The translations under genes and the position numbers were made by a program. Source: Candidatus Helarchaeota ASGARD archaeon Hel_GB_B (GTDB taxonomy: Archaea; Asgardarchaeota; Lokiarchaeia; Helarchaeales; HEL-GB-B). Taken from it: 18,913 nt of DNA. The stretch spans positions 1 to 18,913 of the forward strand of contig SUPR01000071.1 in NCBI GenBank assembly GCA_005191425.1. Reading direction: 5' to 3'. The notes under the pieces are model-generated. The model did not search any database. It saw nothing but the letters and a program-made list of their open reading frames with translations, and was not told where the DNA came from. Positions 8,812-16,995 of this stretch are shown here, piece after piece; positions within the stretch are counted from its first letter, which is position 1; the number at the start of each line of letters is the position of its first letter.

Positions 8812-9561
8812 ATGGATGTGTATTTTGGTGATATTCAAGATATATCTACAATCGATTATCCTGGTGAAGTAGTATCTGTGTTATTCTTCTGTGGATGTCC
8901 AATGCGTTGCCCATTTTGCCAAAACTTTAATCTTCTAAATTATTCGGATTGTCAAAAAGTTTCCGTAGAAAAAATTATTGACCACATTAAAGATTCAGCC
9001 CCTTTTATTACTGGAATAGCAGTAACTGGTGGTGAACCTTCTCAACAAATTGACCAACTTATTGAGATAATTAGTAAAGTTAAAAAACTGGATCTATTAA
9101 CAAAAATAGATACTAATGGTTATTATCCAAAAAATCTTAAGACTATCTGTGATTTAGATATTGTCGATTATTTTGCAATGGACATTAAAAACGAGCTCAC
9201 TCCAAAATCCTATGCAAAAGCTACCGGGCTCTCTTCTATTTCTGGAAATAAACTCATTAATCGTATAAAACAATCTATTCAAACAATAATTAATTCTAAT
9301 GCTATTTTTGAAGCGCGAACAACTATTGTCCCATCAATTAATGACTCTGATAAGGTAATTGAAAATATTTGCGAAAACATTTCTGGAGTTAATAGATATG
9401 TCCTACAACAGTTTAGGTGTATTGACCAAGTTCTCGATAAAAAGTTCGCAGACGTTCCGTCCCCAACACGAGAGCAATTAATTCATTACGCCGAAATAGC
9501 AAAAAATTACATCGATGACATAAGAATAAGGACTGCTGAACATGGTGAAGAAAGAATATAG
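8812..9561 (+). CDS. nrdG: Radical SAM protein, anaerobic ribonucleoside-triphosphate reductase activating protein family
   Basis: STIDYPG..SVLFFCGCPMRCPFCQN (CxxxCxxC), VTGGEP, KIDTNG, AMDIK, EARTT and YVLQQF. The symbol is a family-level call; no target enzyme lies in the window. Confidence 0.85.
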   Translation: MDVYFGDIQDISTIDYPGEVVSVLFFCGCPMRCPFCQNFNLLNYSDCQKVSVEKIIDHIKDSAPFITGIAVTGGEPSQQIDQLIEIISKVKKLDLLTKIDTNGYYPKNLKTICDLDIVDYFAMDIKNELTPKSYAKATGLSSISGNKLINRIKQSIQTIINSNAIFEARTTIVPSINDSDKVIENICENISGVNRYVLQQFRCIDQVLDKKFADVPSPTREQLIHYAEIAKNYIDDIRIRTAEHGEERI

Positions 9562-9571
9562 CACTCTCAAA

Positions 9572-11305
9572 CTATATCAATTCTGCAAATTCTAAATCTG
9601 TCTTCGTAAGCTCTTCGTGGCAATTTGGACATTTGCCTTCCTTTTCTACAAAATCATAAAATTCTTTTTTATGTACTTCTTTATGACAATATGGACATTG
9701 AATTGAATCCGGACCTAACCATTTGCCACAAATTATACACCTTTTCAATTCTTTATTACAATATGCACATACTTTACTGTCATTCTTTATAGAATGATTA
9801 CAAAAAGGACATATATCAAAAACAATCTCGGGCTTTTGCTCTATTACTTCTTTTTTTTTCTTAAGAATATCTAATAAAGCACTTGTGTCAACGTCAATTG
9901 CTGCTTTATCTTCTTTTAATTCGGCTTGATTAATTTCAATATTATTTTCAAGATCAATCGAAGCATCAGGTGTTCCTCCTAATTTCTCATCGTCAATTGC
10001 AGGTGGCGCTTCTAGAAATTCATCGACCAAATCTGACTCATCATCTGAACTAGGTGGTGGAATATTAATGTCTAATAGTGGTATTTCTTCAACTTCTTCC
10101 TCAGCTTCTTTTTCAAATTTTTCCTCAATTAATTCTTTCTTTTTTTCTGATTGTAATTTATCGACAAGTTCAATTTTATCTTCAATTGTCATTTCTTCTT
10201 TTTCCTGAATTTCATCTTTACTTTCAGAGATTTTTTCTGTTTCAGGTAAACTTTCTAAAATAGGTCCTTCTTCAATTGATGGCTCTTTCTCTGATGGCAT
10301 TATTTGCTCTTGTTCTTTAGGAATTTCTTGAACTTCACCATCCATTTGTTTTTTATCTTCTACGATTAAATTCTCCTGAACATTTAATTTTTGTGCAATT
10401 CTTTCTATAACTGATAAATGCTTGACTGGTCTTTTATGTATATCTTCTTTAATTTCTTCATCTTGTTTTTGTATTTGGTCTTCCTTTATTTCAATTTGTT
10501 CTTGTTGTTCTTGTATAGGTACTGTTTCTGGCTCTATTAACTGAGTTTGGTCATCTTTCTCTAATGGGGCAATTTCAACGTCCTCTATAATTTCTTCACC
10601 TTGAATTTCTGGTGGTATTTCTAAAAATGTTTCATCAATTATTTCTTCAGATGACGATGGAGGTTCATTTATATCTAAATACTCTATTTTTTGTTCATTT
10701 GAATCTAAATTTCCAACTGGGATTGGAATATCCATTTCGCCTGTTTCTAAAAAATCGCTAGATTGCTCTAACTCCTCTTCACCAGTTTCAAATGTTAAAC
10801 TTTTATCAACAAGATCTACTTGCCCTTTAATTTCATTGTTAGCAATCATATCTATAATAATCTCTTCAATCTCTTCAATAGAAACTCCCACATTTTTAGA
10901 TATATATTCAAAAGTAATATTTTTGAAAGCGCCGCTTTTCATTATTTCAAATATAAATTTTTTTACATTTGGTAATTTCATAAGTTCTTCTTGTTTTAAC
11001 CTAAAATCCCTAAGCATTTGCCTGGTTTCATCACCTAATTCTTCCCACATTTTTAAATATTTTTTATCTTCATCCCCTAAGAATTTCAATTTAATTTTTG
11101 TGTCCATAATTTTATATACATTGTTATATAAGTTTTCAAATTCATTTTTAAAATTAGATAACTCATCATCTAAATATTTTAATGCAATTTCCTTTCCATT
11201 TAATTCTAATTGGACATTAAATTCTTTTGCTATATCTATTAACTTCTTTTCTAAATCCCTTAATATTTCTAAATTTCGGTCATATATCGATTTTATTGAA
11301 CTCAT
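9572..11305 (-). CDS. Multidomain protein: helical N-terminus, PCI-like winged helix, long acidic disordered linker, double zinc ribbon / RING-like C-terminus
   Basis: aa ~113-173 read KNITFEYISKNVGVSIEEIEEIIIDMIANNEIKGQVDLVDKSLTF; aa ~175-495 are very E/D/Q/P-rich; aa 499-562 hold five CxxC pairs plus His. Confidence 0.8.
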   Translation of the reverse strand: MSSIKSIYDRNLEILRDLEKKLIDIAKEFNVQLELNGKEIALKYLDDELSNFKNEFENLYNNVYKIMDTKIKLKFLGDEDKKYLKMWEELGDETRQMLRDFRLKQEELMKLPNVKKFIFEIMKSGAFKNITFEYISKNVGVSIEEIEEIIIDMIANNEIKGQVDLVDKSLTFETGEEELEQSSDFLETGEMDIPIPVGNLDSNEQKIEYLDINEPPSSSEEIIDETFLEIPPEIQGEEIIEDVEIAPLEKDDQTQLIEPETVPIQEQQEQIEIKEDQIQKQDEEIKEDIHKRPVKHLSVIERIAQKLNVQENLIVEDKKQMDGEVQEIPKEQEQIMPSEKEPSIEEGPILESLPETEKISESKDEIQEKEEMTIEDKIELVDKLQSEKKKELIEEKFEKEAEEEVEEIPLLDINIPPPSSDDESDLVDEFLEAPPAIDDEKLGGTPDASIDLENNIEINQAELKEDKAAIDVDTSALLDILKKKKEVIEQKPEIVFDICPFCNHSIKNDSKVCAYCNKELKRCIICGKWLGPDSIQCPYCHKEVHKKEFYDFVEKEGKCPNCHEELTKTDLEFAELI

Positions 11306-11943
11306 ATTATCTCGCAGTCATTTTCAATTTTCCAATTAAAATAATAAATTTTTGATTATTTAAAAATCTCTTCATCTATTTTAGATTAATTTTTGTCGGC
11401 ATTTTGATTAATTTAAATCTATGAATATAGATATTTCATAAAAAAATAATTAATTTTGGCTTGATTGAATTTTTTTTATATTTAAGTAAATATTTTTTAA
11501 ATTTTTTTTGTTTATTAATACATTTAATATTTAATTATTTAAAAAATTTATTAGATAAACTAATTTTTTGATATCCTTCATGATTTTATCAAGTCGCTTT
11601 AAATATTCATTTAATTTTTAATAATTTAATTAATTTCTTTTTAATTAATAATCAAATTTAAATTTGCTTTATAAATATTTTAATCAAAAAACTAAACGAA
11701 ATTCCAAAAATTAAATAATATAAAAAATAATTTGATAATTGGAATCAAATATTAAAAGAATTTTAAATCTGAATCTTATATTGAAAATATAAAAATAGTA
11801 AAATTGAATCTTCTGTTCTTTTACTACAAAAATAGAGATTATCTATTCTTGATTACTTTAATTTACTATAAAATAATATAATTTTGATAAATAATTTACC
11901 ATAATAAATTAAATTAAATTTTTATTTTATTTTATTGATAGAA

Positions 11944-12135
11944 ATGACCAAAACTAATAATAAAAATTGTAATAAAAATTCTAAGAAACAAATTTATTTC
12001 GGTGTTTTTGGATGTTGTAATTATGGTGCGTTAATGAGTGAAGAGCGATTGAAAGAAAAATTAAATGAAATCTATGAAATACTCGAATTTAATCATTTTA
12101 TAAATGCTATTGAAAATTTGAAAAATATTCGATGA
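11944..12135 (+). CDS. Possible small protein with an FGCC motif
   Basis: ATG11944 opens 63 codons ending 43 nt before the next gene; contains a helical-looking C-terminal half. No family recognised. Confidence 0.35.
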   Translation: MTKTNNKNCNKNSKKQIYFGVFGCCNYGALMSEERLKEKLNEIYEILEFNHFINAIENLKNIR

Positions 12136-12178
12136 TTCATAATCATTTTTAAATACTAGCAATATATTTTAAATCTAT

Positions 12179-13447
12179 ATGTATGATGTAATAATAGTTG
12201 GTGCTGGACCAGCAGGTGGATTTGCAGCTAAAACGCTGTCAAAAGATGGATTTCGAGTTTTATTGCTAGAAAAGAAGAAATTCCCTCGTTTTAAGCCTTG
12301 TGGAGGTTGGATTACTAAAAAAGTCATTCAATATTTGGGTTGGAATGTTAATAATTTGAATGACATAATAATTGAACCGATTAAATCTGGGGTCTTATGG
12401 TTTAAAGATGATGATAATCTTTATCACCCTTATACAACTGAATTTAGGACCCCTGTAAGCTATGGTATCCTTAGAATTGAATTTGATTCTAAAATAGTTA
12501 ATGAAGCTATTTCGAGTGGTACTGATTTTATTGATAATTCGGAGATAAAGAAAATCAATGTATATAAAGATAAAATAGTCGTTCAAAACCAACATGGTCG
12601 GGAATATAAGGCTCGGTTAATTATAGGTGCTGATGGGACATACAGTCAAGTAGCAAAACAAACTGGAATTCGTTCACATTGGAAACAGGACGAGCTCACA
12701 TTATGTTGCGTATCTGAAACAAAGATAGGGCGGACAAAAGGTAAAGAATTAACAGAATTTTTCGGATCACCTGAATTATTTTTTAATTTTAATACTAAAG
12801 GTTATAGCTGGTTTTATACTAAAGGCGATTATCTAAATATTGGTACGGGTATGCGGATGTCTCTTCATTCTTCAAACTATAATTTAAAGCGGCAATATAT
12901 GGACTTCTTGGACGTATTACATCAAATTAAGCATTATAATAATTTAAAACTCTCTCCAATTAAAGGACATAGTTATGCTGTCTTTTATGGACCTTATAAT
13001 TATAAAACTTTTAGACGTAGAGTTTTTTTAGTCGGGGATGCTGCAGGTTTTGCGACTAATTTAACAGGAGAAGGAATTCGTCCTGCTATTATTTCTGCAA
13101 AATTGGCAGCTCAAACCATTAAAGAAATCCTGAAAACTTATGATAAAGAAATAATTCTGAAAAAGATTTTTAGAAAATATGAAATTAGATGGAAAAAGGA
13201 ACTTGGTATTGAATATACATTTGGGTCTATAGCTCAATCATTTTATACTCCAAAATTATTCCCAATTTTTAAAAATCTAATAAAATTTGATGATTATTTT
13301 AGAAAATTGTTTTTTAAAATGTGTTTTAATATAGGTGACACTGAAAAAACAATAAGAGAAATGTTGCTTAGAGCTCCTGCGCTTGCATTAAAATTAGCGA
13401 GTTCCGGCTTTAGGTCATTAATCAATTCATTATTAGGTAAGTTATAA
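12179..13447 (+). CDS. Geranylgeranyl reductase family FAD-dependent oxidoreductase
   Basis: YDVIIVGAGPAG dinucleotide-binding motif, EKKKFPRFKPCGG, IGADG, GYSW, LVGDAAG...TGEGI..A..SAKLAA. Confidence 0.9.
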   Translation: MYDVIIVGAGPAGGFAAKTLSKDGFRVLLLEKKKFPRFKPCGGWITKKVIQYLGWNVNNLNDIIIEPIKSGVLWFKDDDNLYHPYTTEFRTPVSYGILRIEFDSKIVNEAISSGTDFIDNSEIKKINVYKDKIVVQNQHGREYKARLIIGADGTYSQVAKQTGIRSHWKQDELTLCCVSETKIGRTKGKELTEFFGSPELFFNFNTKGYSWFYTKGDYLNIGTGMRMSLHSSNYNLKRQYMDFLDVLHQIKHYNNLKLSPIKGHSYAVFYGPYNYKTFRRRVFLVGDAAGFATNLTGEGIRPAIISAKLAAQTIKEILKTYDKEIILKKIFRKYEIRWKKELGIEYTFGSIAQSFYTPKLFPIFKNLIKFDDYFRKLFFKMCFNIGDTEKTIREMLLRAPALALKLASSGFRSLINSLLGKL

Positions 13448-14332
13448 ATGGAAGACTTTAACGATTGGATTAAAATCATTAGACAGACTGAATTTAACCA
13501 AGTTTTCAATTATCTAATTATTGATAAACAAATTATACTGTTCGATATTTCTTCACATAAAACAGTTAGGATTATAGCCGATTTTCCTCCTAATTATTTA
13601 ATAATATCTCATTTTCATTTAGACCATCAAACTGGAAAAAACTTATTAAAAAAGCGCTATAAGTCCAAAATAGTTGCACATGAACTAGAATCAAACAGTA
13701 TCGAAAATTTACAAGGATTTTATCATAATTATAATTTTTTAAATGGTACCGACCTAATTAACGAATTACATTTAAAATATTGGCATTTCAAAGATATAAA
13801 AGTAGATATTAAAGTTTACGACAATTATGAATTTAATATAGGGACTCATATATTAAAAGTCATCCATACTCCCGGGACTACACCAGGTCATATATGCCTT
13901 TTTGACGAAGAAAACCGTATTTTGTTTGCTGGCGATATGGGGCCTAAAGAGCTGCCAGTTTATAACGCAATAACTAGTAATTTAACCCAATATTTAAATT
14001 CTTACGATAAAATAATCAAAATTAATCCGTGCATTGTTTTATCTGCTCACTTTCCTCCAATTTTTGAAAAAGTCAAACAAGCTTATATTAAAGCTAAAGA
14101 ACGTATTATTAAAAGAGAAAATCGTATCCTGGAAATCTTGGAGAAAAAGAAAAGTCTAACTCTCGATGAAATCGCTTCAGAAAATCCCACAATCCCTAAA
14201 AAACCCGGCAATTCAATTATACTTAATTGGTTAAAATTTGCAGAAAAAATCCAAACTTTACACCATTTAAATAAATTAGCAAAAGAGAATAAAGTAAAAT
14301 CCGATGATAATTTCCGTTGGGAATTAATCTAA
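13448..14332 (+). CDS. Metallo-beta-lactamase-fold hydrolase with C-terminal winged helix
   Basis: SHFHLDH (HxHxDH), HTPGTTPGH, LFAGD, SAH, and a C-terminal ILEILEKKKSLTLDEIA...HLNKLAKENKV segment. The start directly follows the upstream stop (TAAATG). Confidence 0.85.
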   Translation: MEDFNDWIKIIRQTEFNQVFNYLIIDKQIILFDISSHKTVRIIADFPPNYLIISHFHLDHQTGKNLLKKRYKSKIVAHELESNSIENLQGFYHNYNFLNGTDLINELHLKYWHFKDIKVDIKVYDNYEFNIGTHILKVIHTPGTTPGHICLFDEENRILFAGDMGPKELPVYNAITSNLTQYLNSYDKIIKINPCIVLSAHFPPIFEKVKQAYIKAKERIIKRENRILEILEKKKSLTLDEIASENPTIPKKPGNSIILNWLKFAEKIQTLHHLNKLAKENKVKSDDNFRWELI

Positions 14333-14430
14333 AAATTCAATTTAAAAATTAATCAATCTTTAAAATTATAATTAAAAAGATCAAAATAATTGTAATTTTA
14401 GGAATATTTATTTAATATATCGTGATATGT

Positions 14431-15090
14431 ATGGTTTTTTCTAATTTTAGCGGCGAAATTTTCAATTCAGAAAAAAAAGGCACGTTTAATATTAAATTCG
14501 CAATTTTACCTACTATAATTTCTTTCTTTTTATCTTTAACTCTATCAATGATCGCCGTCCAAATATATCCAAATTTTAATTGGGTTTATAATAGTTTTAG
14601 TCATCTTGGCCTTTATCCTAAAGGAGCTCAATCTATTTACTTTTTTAGTGGCGCCTTAATAATTACCTTTTTGGGAAATATTCCTCTCTTAATATGCTGT
14701 ATTAAACAATCAATTCAAAATATTGACAAATTGAAATTCATTGGTTTGATCTTTCTATTTATAACGGATTCAACGTTTGGCTTTGAAGCATTATTTCCAA
14801 TGATATTTTATAATTTACATTTATTTGGAGCTCAACTTTTATTAATATCTTTGATTATTTCGTTATTAATTCTTATAATAAGTAATTTCAAAAGAAAAAT
14901 AGAAAAAAATTATAAAATTATTTATTTAGCCAGTCTAATTTTACTCTTGATAATCTGGCCCTATTATTTATATCTTAATTATTTAAACCCATTAGTCAAT
15001 TATGCTATTCCTGAACTAATTGATTATACCATATTTTATGTAATCTTAGCAACGCTTTTTAATTATCTTATAATAAATAAATCGAAATAA
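14431..15090 (+). CDS. Membrane protein, DUF998-like
   Basis: About six hydrophobic helices. YP.FNW.YNSFSHLG resembles the DUF998 N..S.LG motif and LHLFGA a conserved His helix. ATG14431 is preferred over GTG14422. Confidence 0.6.
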   Translation: MVFSNFSGEIFNSEKKGTFNIKFAILPTIISFFLSLTLSMIAVQIYPNFNWVYNSFSHLGLYPKGAQSIYFFSGALIITFLGNIPLLICCIKQSIQNIDKLKFIGLIFLFITDSTFGFEALFPMIFYNLHLFGAQLLLISLIISLLILIISNFKRKIEKNYKIIYLASLILLLIIWPYYLYLNYLNPLVNYAIPELIDYTIFYVILATLFNYLIINKSK

Positions 15091-15506
15091 CAATTTATTA
15101 CAAAAATTAATAAAAATTTCAATAATTAAAAGTTCGTTATTCTATATAAAGTGTGGTGATAATGTTTTTGATAAAATTTTGAAAAAAACTCTAAATCTAT
15201 TTTCTTGAAAATAAAATATGATTATTTTTTATAAATAATTCATTTGCTATGCAAAACTGAAATCATATTCACATTGCGAAATAATTAAAAGTTTCTTATT
15301 TTTAATTAATACTTGAAATGAATTTTATCAATAAACTTATTCATAGGCTTGAAAAGAATAAGTATAAGAGATTTAATTTATTTATAATCCCTATACCTTT
15401 ATTTTTGCATGCTCTATAACTCACCCTCCCTTAATAATTAATTGATTTAGTCTTATACTTCTTTAATTCGAGTCTATGGATTTTAAATATTGATGGAGAT
15501 TCTAAG

Positions 15507-15809
15507 ATGTATAACAAAATTATAGGTTCTCTCAAAATATCAGAAAATGGTATCTGTAAGCATTGTTCAGGGCTTGCCTTTAGTAAAAAGGAATTAGATT
15601 TTCAGTTGTTCTCTTCTTTCTTACATGTTTTTAAAATGATCTTACACGATTATTTAGAGACCGAAATTAAAGAAATTAATACCTCAAATTATAAAATAAT
15701 TTTTAATGAAGTTGAAGACGATCTTTATATTTATATTGTTAATAAAGACTTCTCAGATTATTCAAATCTTGAAAAATACCACGTTCCTGATAAAGTTAAA
15801 GTGATTTGA
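15507..15809 (+). CDS. Small longin-like domain protein
   Basis: GGAGA SD-like site upstream. Pattern ISENGIC...DFQLFSSFLHVF...IKEINTSNYKIIF...LYIYIV fits longin beta1-beta2-alpha1-beta3-beta4-beta5. Confidence 0.6.
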   Translation: MYNKIIGSLKISENGICKHCSGLAFSKKELDFQLFSSFLHVFKMILHDYLETEIKEINTSNYKIIFNEVEDDLYIYIVNKDFSDYSNLEKYHVPDKVKVI

Positions 15810-16112
15810 TCGTTTATTTTTGGAGGTATTAAATTTATTTTTTTAATAATTTTATTAATTAAGATATAAAATTGATTTTTAAACCCTCTTTCCATCATTT
15901 CGAACATTAATTCATCAAGTAAGATTTACAAATAAAATTTTTAAAGAAAAAATATATTTTTCTTAGAATAACGCTGACATTTTCAAATTTTTATTAAAAA
16001 AATAGTCTGATTTGTTTTTATATTAGGAAATAATAAAAGAGAACTTAATAAAAAAAACATTAAAATATTTCTAAAGGTCTATTATAAATAATAAAAAAAT
16101 ACATAAACTAAT

Positions 16113-16119
16113 GTGAGGT
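16113..16119 (+). promoter_or_regulatory. Strong Shine-Dalgarno site (GTGAGGT) 7 nt upstream of an in-frame ATA
   Basis: Sequence atGTGAGGTaatacaaATAaac; the frame is open from 16112 into the TrmO-family gene. Confidence 0.5.
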
Positions 16120-16126
16120 AATACAA

Positions 16127-16891
16127 ATAAACGAATCAAATAATGAAATATTCGATAAGACTTTATCTTATTGGATTATGCATAATAAACAACATGCAAA
16201 AAGCATTGAAAATTGGATTGAAAAAGCAAAAAACATAATTTCTGAAGAGATAGCCTCCGAATTAGCTGATTCTATTGAACTTTACAATAAAATGAACCAA
16301 ATTTTTGAATCTATAAGGGAAAAAGCTAAAAAAAGCAAAGTAAAGGATATAAAAATAGAGAAAACGGCCACTGAGACCACATCAATTAAAACAAATTTAT
16401 CAAAATCATTTATATTTAAACAAATCGGAGTTATTCATACACCTTATACTGATAATGCACCATATCAACCAATTAGCAATGATGAAGGCGATTTTAAGAT
16501 TGAAATAGACCCACAATATACTAAAAGTCTTCATAGGCTCGACCAATTTCGCTATATTTATGTTATTTATTATATCGACCGGGTCTCACGAGAATATAAA
16601 AATATTGTATCTCCCCCTTGGACTGGCGGAATTGAAGTTGGGGCATTTGCGAGCAGGTCTCCAATTCGTCCAAATCGTTTAGGCCTTAGTATCGTCCAAA
16701 TAAAAAAGGTCTCTGACAATGTTATTTTTACAACTGGTCTAGATGTCTTTGATGGGACTCCTTTACTTGATATCAAACCATATATTAAAGACTTAGACTC
16801 AAAATGCGATGCAAATTATGGTTGGATTGAGGACCTAGAAGGTTATGAACATCTACTTTTACATATTAAAGGAATTCCACATGATTATTAA
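16127..16891 (+). CDS. trmO: TrmO/TsaA (UPF0066) SAM-binding family protein with an N-terminal His-containing helical domain; probable ATA start (first ATG is 16178)
   Basis: IGVIHTPY, G.FASRSP.RPN.LGLS and GLDVFDGTPLLDIKPY from about 16409. The N-terminal motif LSYWIMHNKQHA...W.EKAK straddles ATG16178. The symbol is a family-level call and the start position is inferred. Confidence 0.82.
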   Translation: MNESNNEIFDKTLSYWIMHNKQHAKSIENWIEKAKNIISEEIASELADSIELYNKMNQIFESIREKAKKSKVKDIKIEKTATETTSIKTNLSKSFIFKQIGVIHTPYTDNAPYQPISNDEGDFKIEIDPQYTKSLHRLDQFRYIYVIYYIDRVSREYKNIVSPPWTGGIEVGAFASRSPIRPNRLGLSIVQIKKVSDNVIFTTGLDVFDGTPLLDIKPYIKDLDSKCDANYGWIEDLEGYEHLLLHIKGIPHDY

Positions 16892-16995
16892 ACAAATATC
16901 TCTCTTACGTAAAATTTATCCAAGAATTTTCTAAATGTGCTAATTATTTTAAATTTAGAAAATGTTTGTCCTATTTTTCTGAATATTTTATATTT

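Noticed and set aside
9842-9892. WH2-like actin-binding motif (TSALLDILKKKKEV) in the PCI-like protein
   Set aside because: The amphipathic helix runs straight into LKK without the spacer WH2 motifs need; likely a chance match.
10836-11339. 167-aa + strand ORF
   Set aside because: Antisense shadow of the PCI-like gene; its I/S/F-rich composition is what the reverse of E/K-rich codons produces.
11701-11745. Inverted repeat ATTCCAA...TTGGAAT as an origin or operator element
   Set aside because: Only 7-bp arms in very AT-rich DNA, no ORB-like G-string, and no cdc6/orc1 gene in the window.
12133-12159. Selenocysteine read-through of the TGA ending the small FGCC ORF
   Set aside because: The TGA is not in a redox-motif context, another stop follows within eight codons, and no SECIS-like stem is evident.
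15399-15430. Minus-strand SD-like GGGAGGGTGA followed by ATG CAA AAA TAA (MQK*)
   Set aside because: Three-codon ORF; alternative frames give no recognisable protein, so neither a leader peptide nor a pseudogene can be supported.
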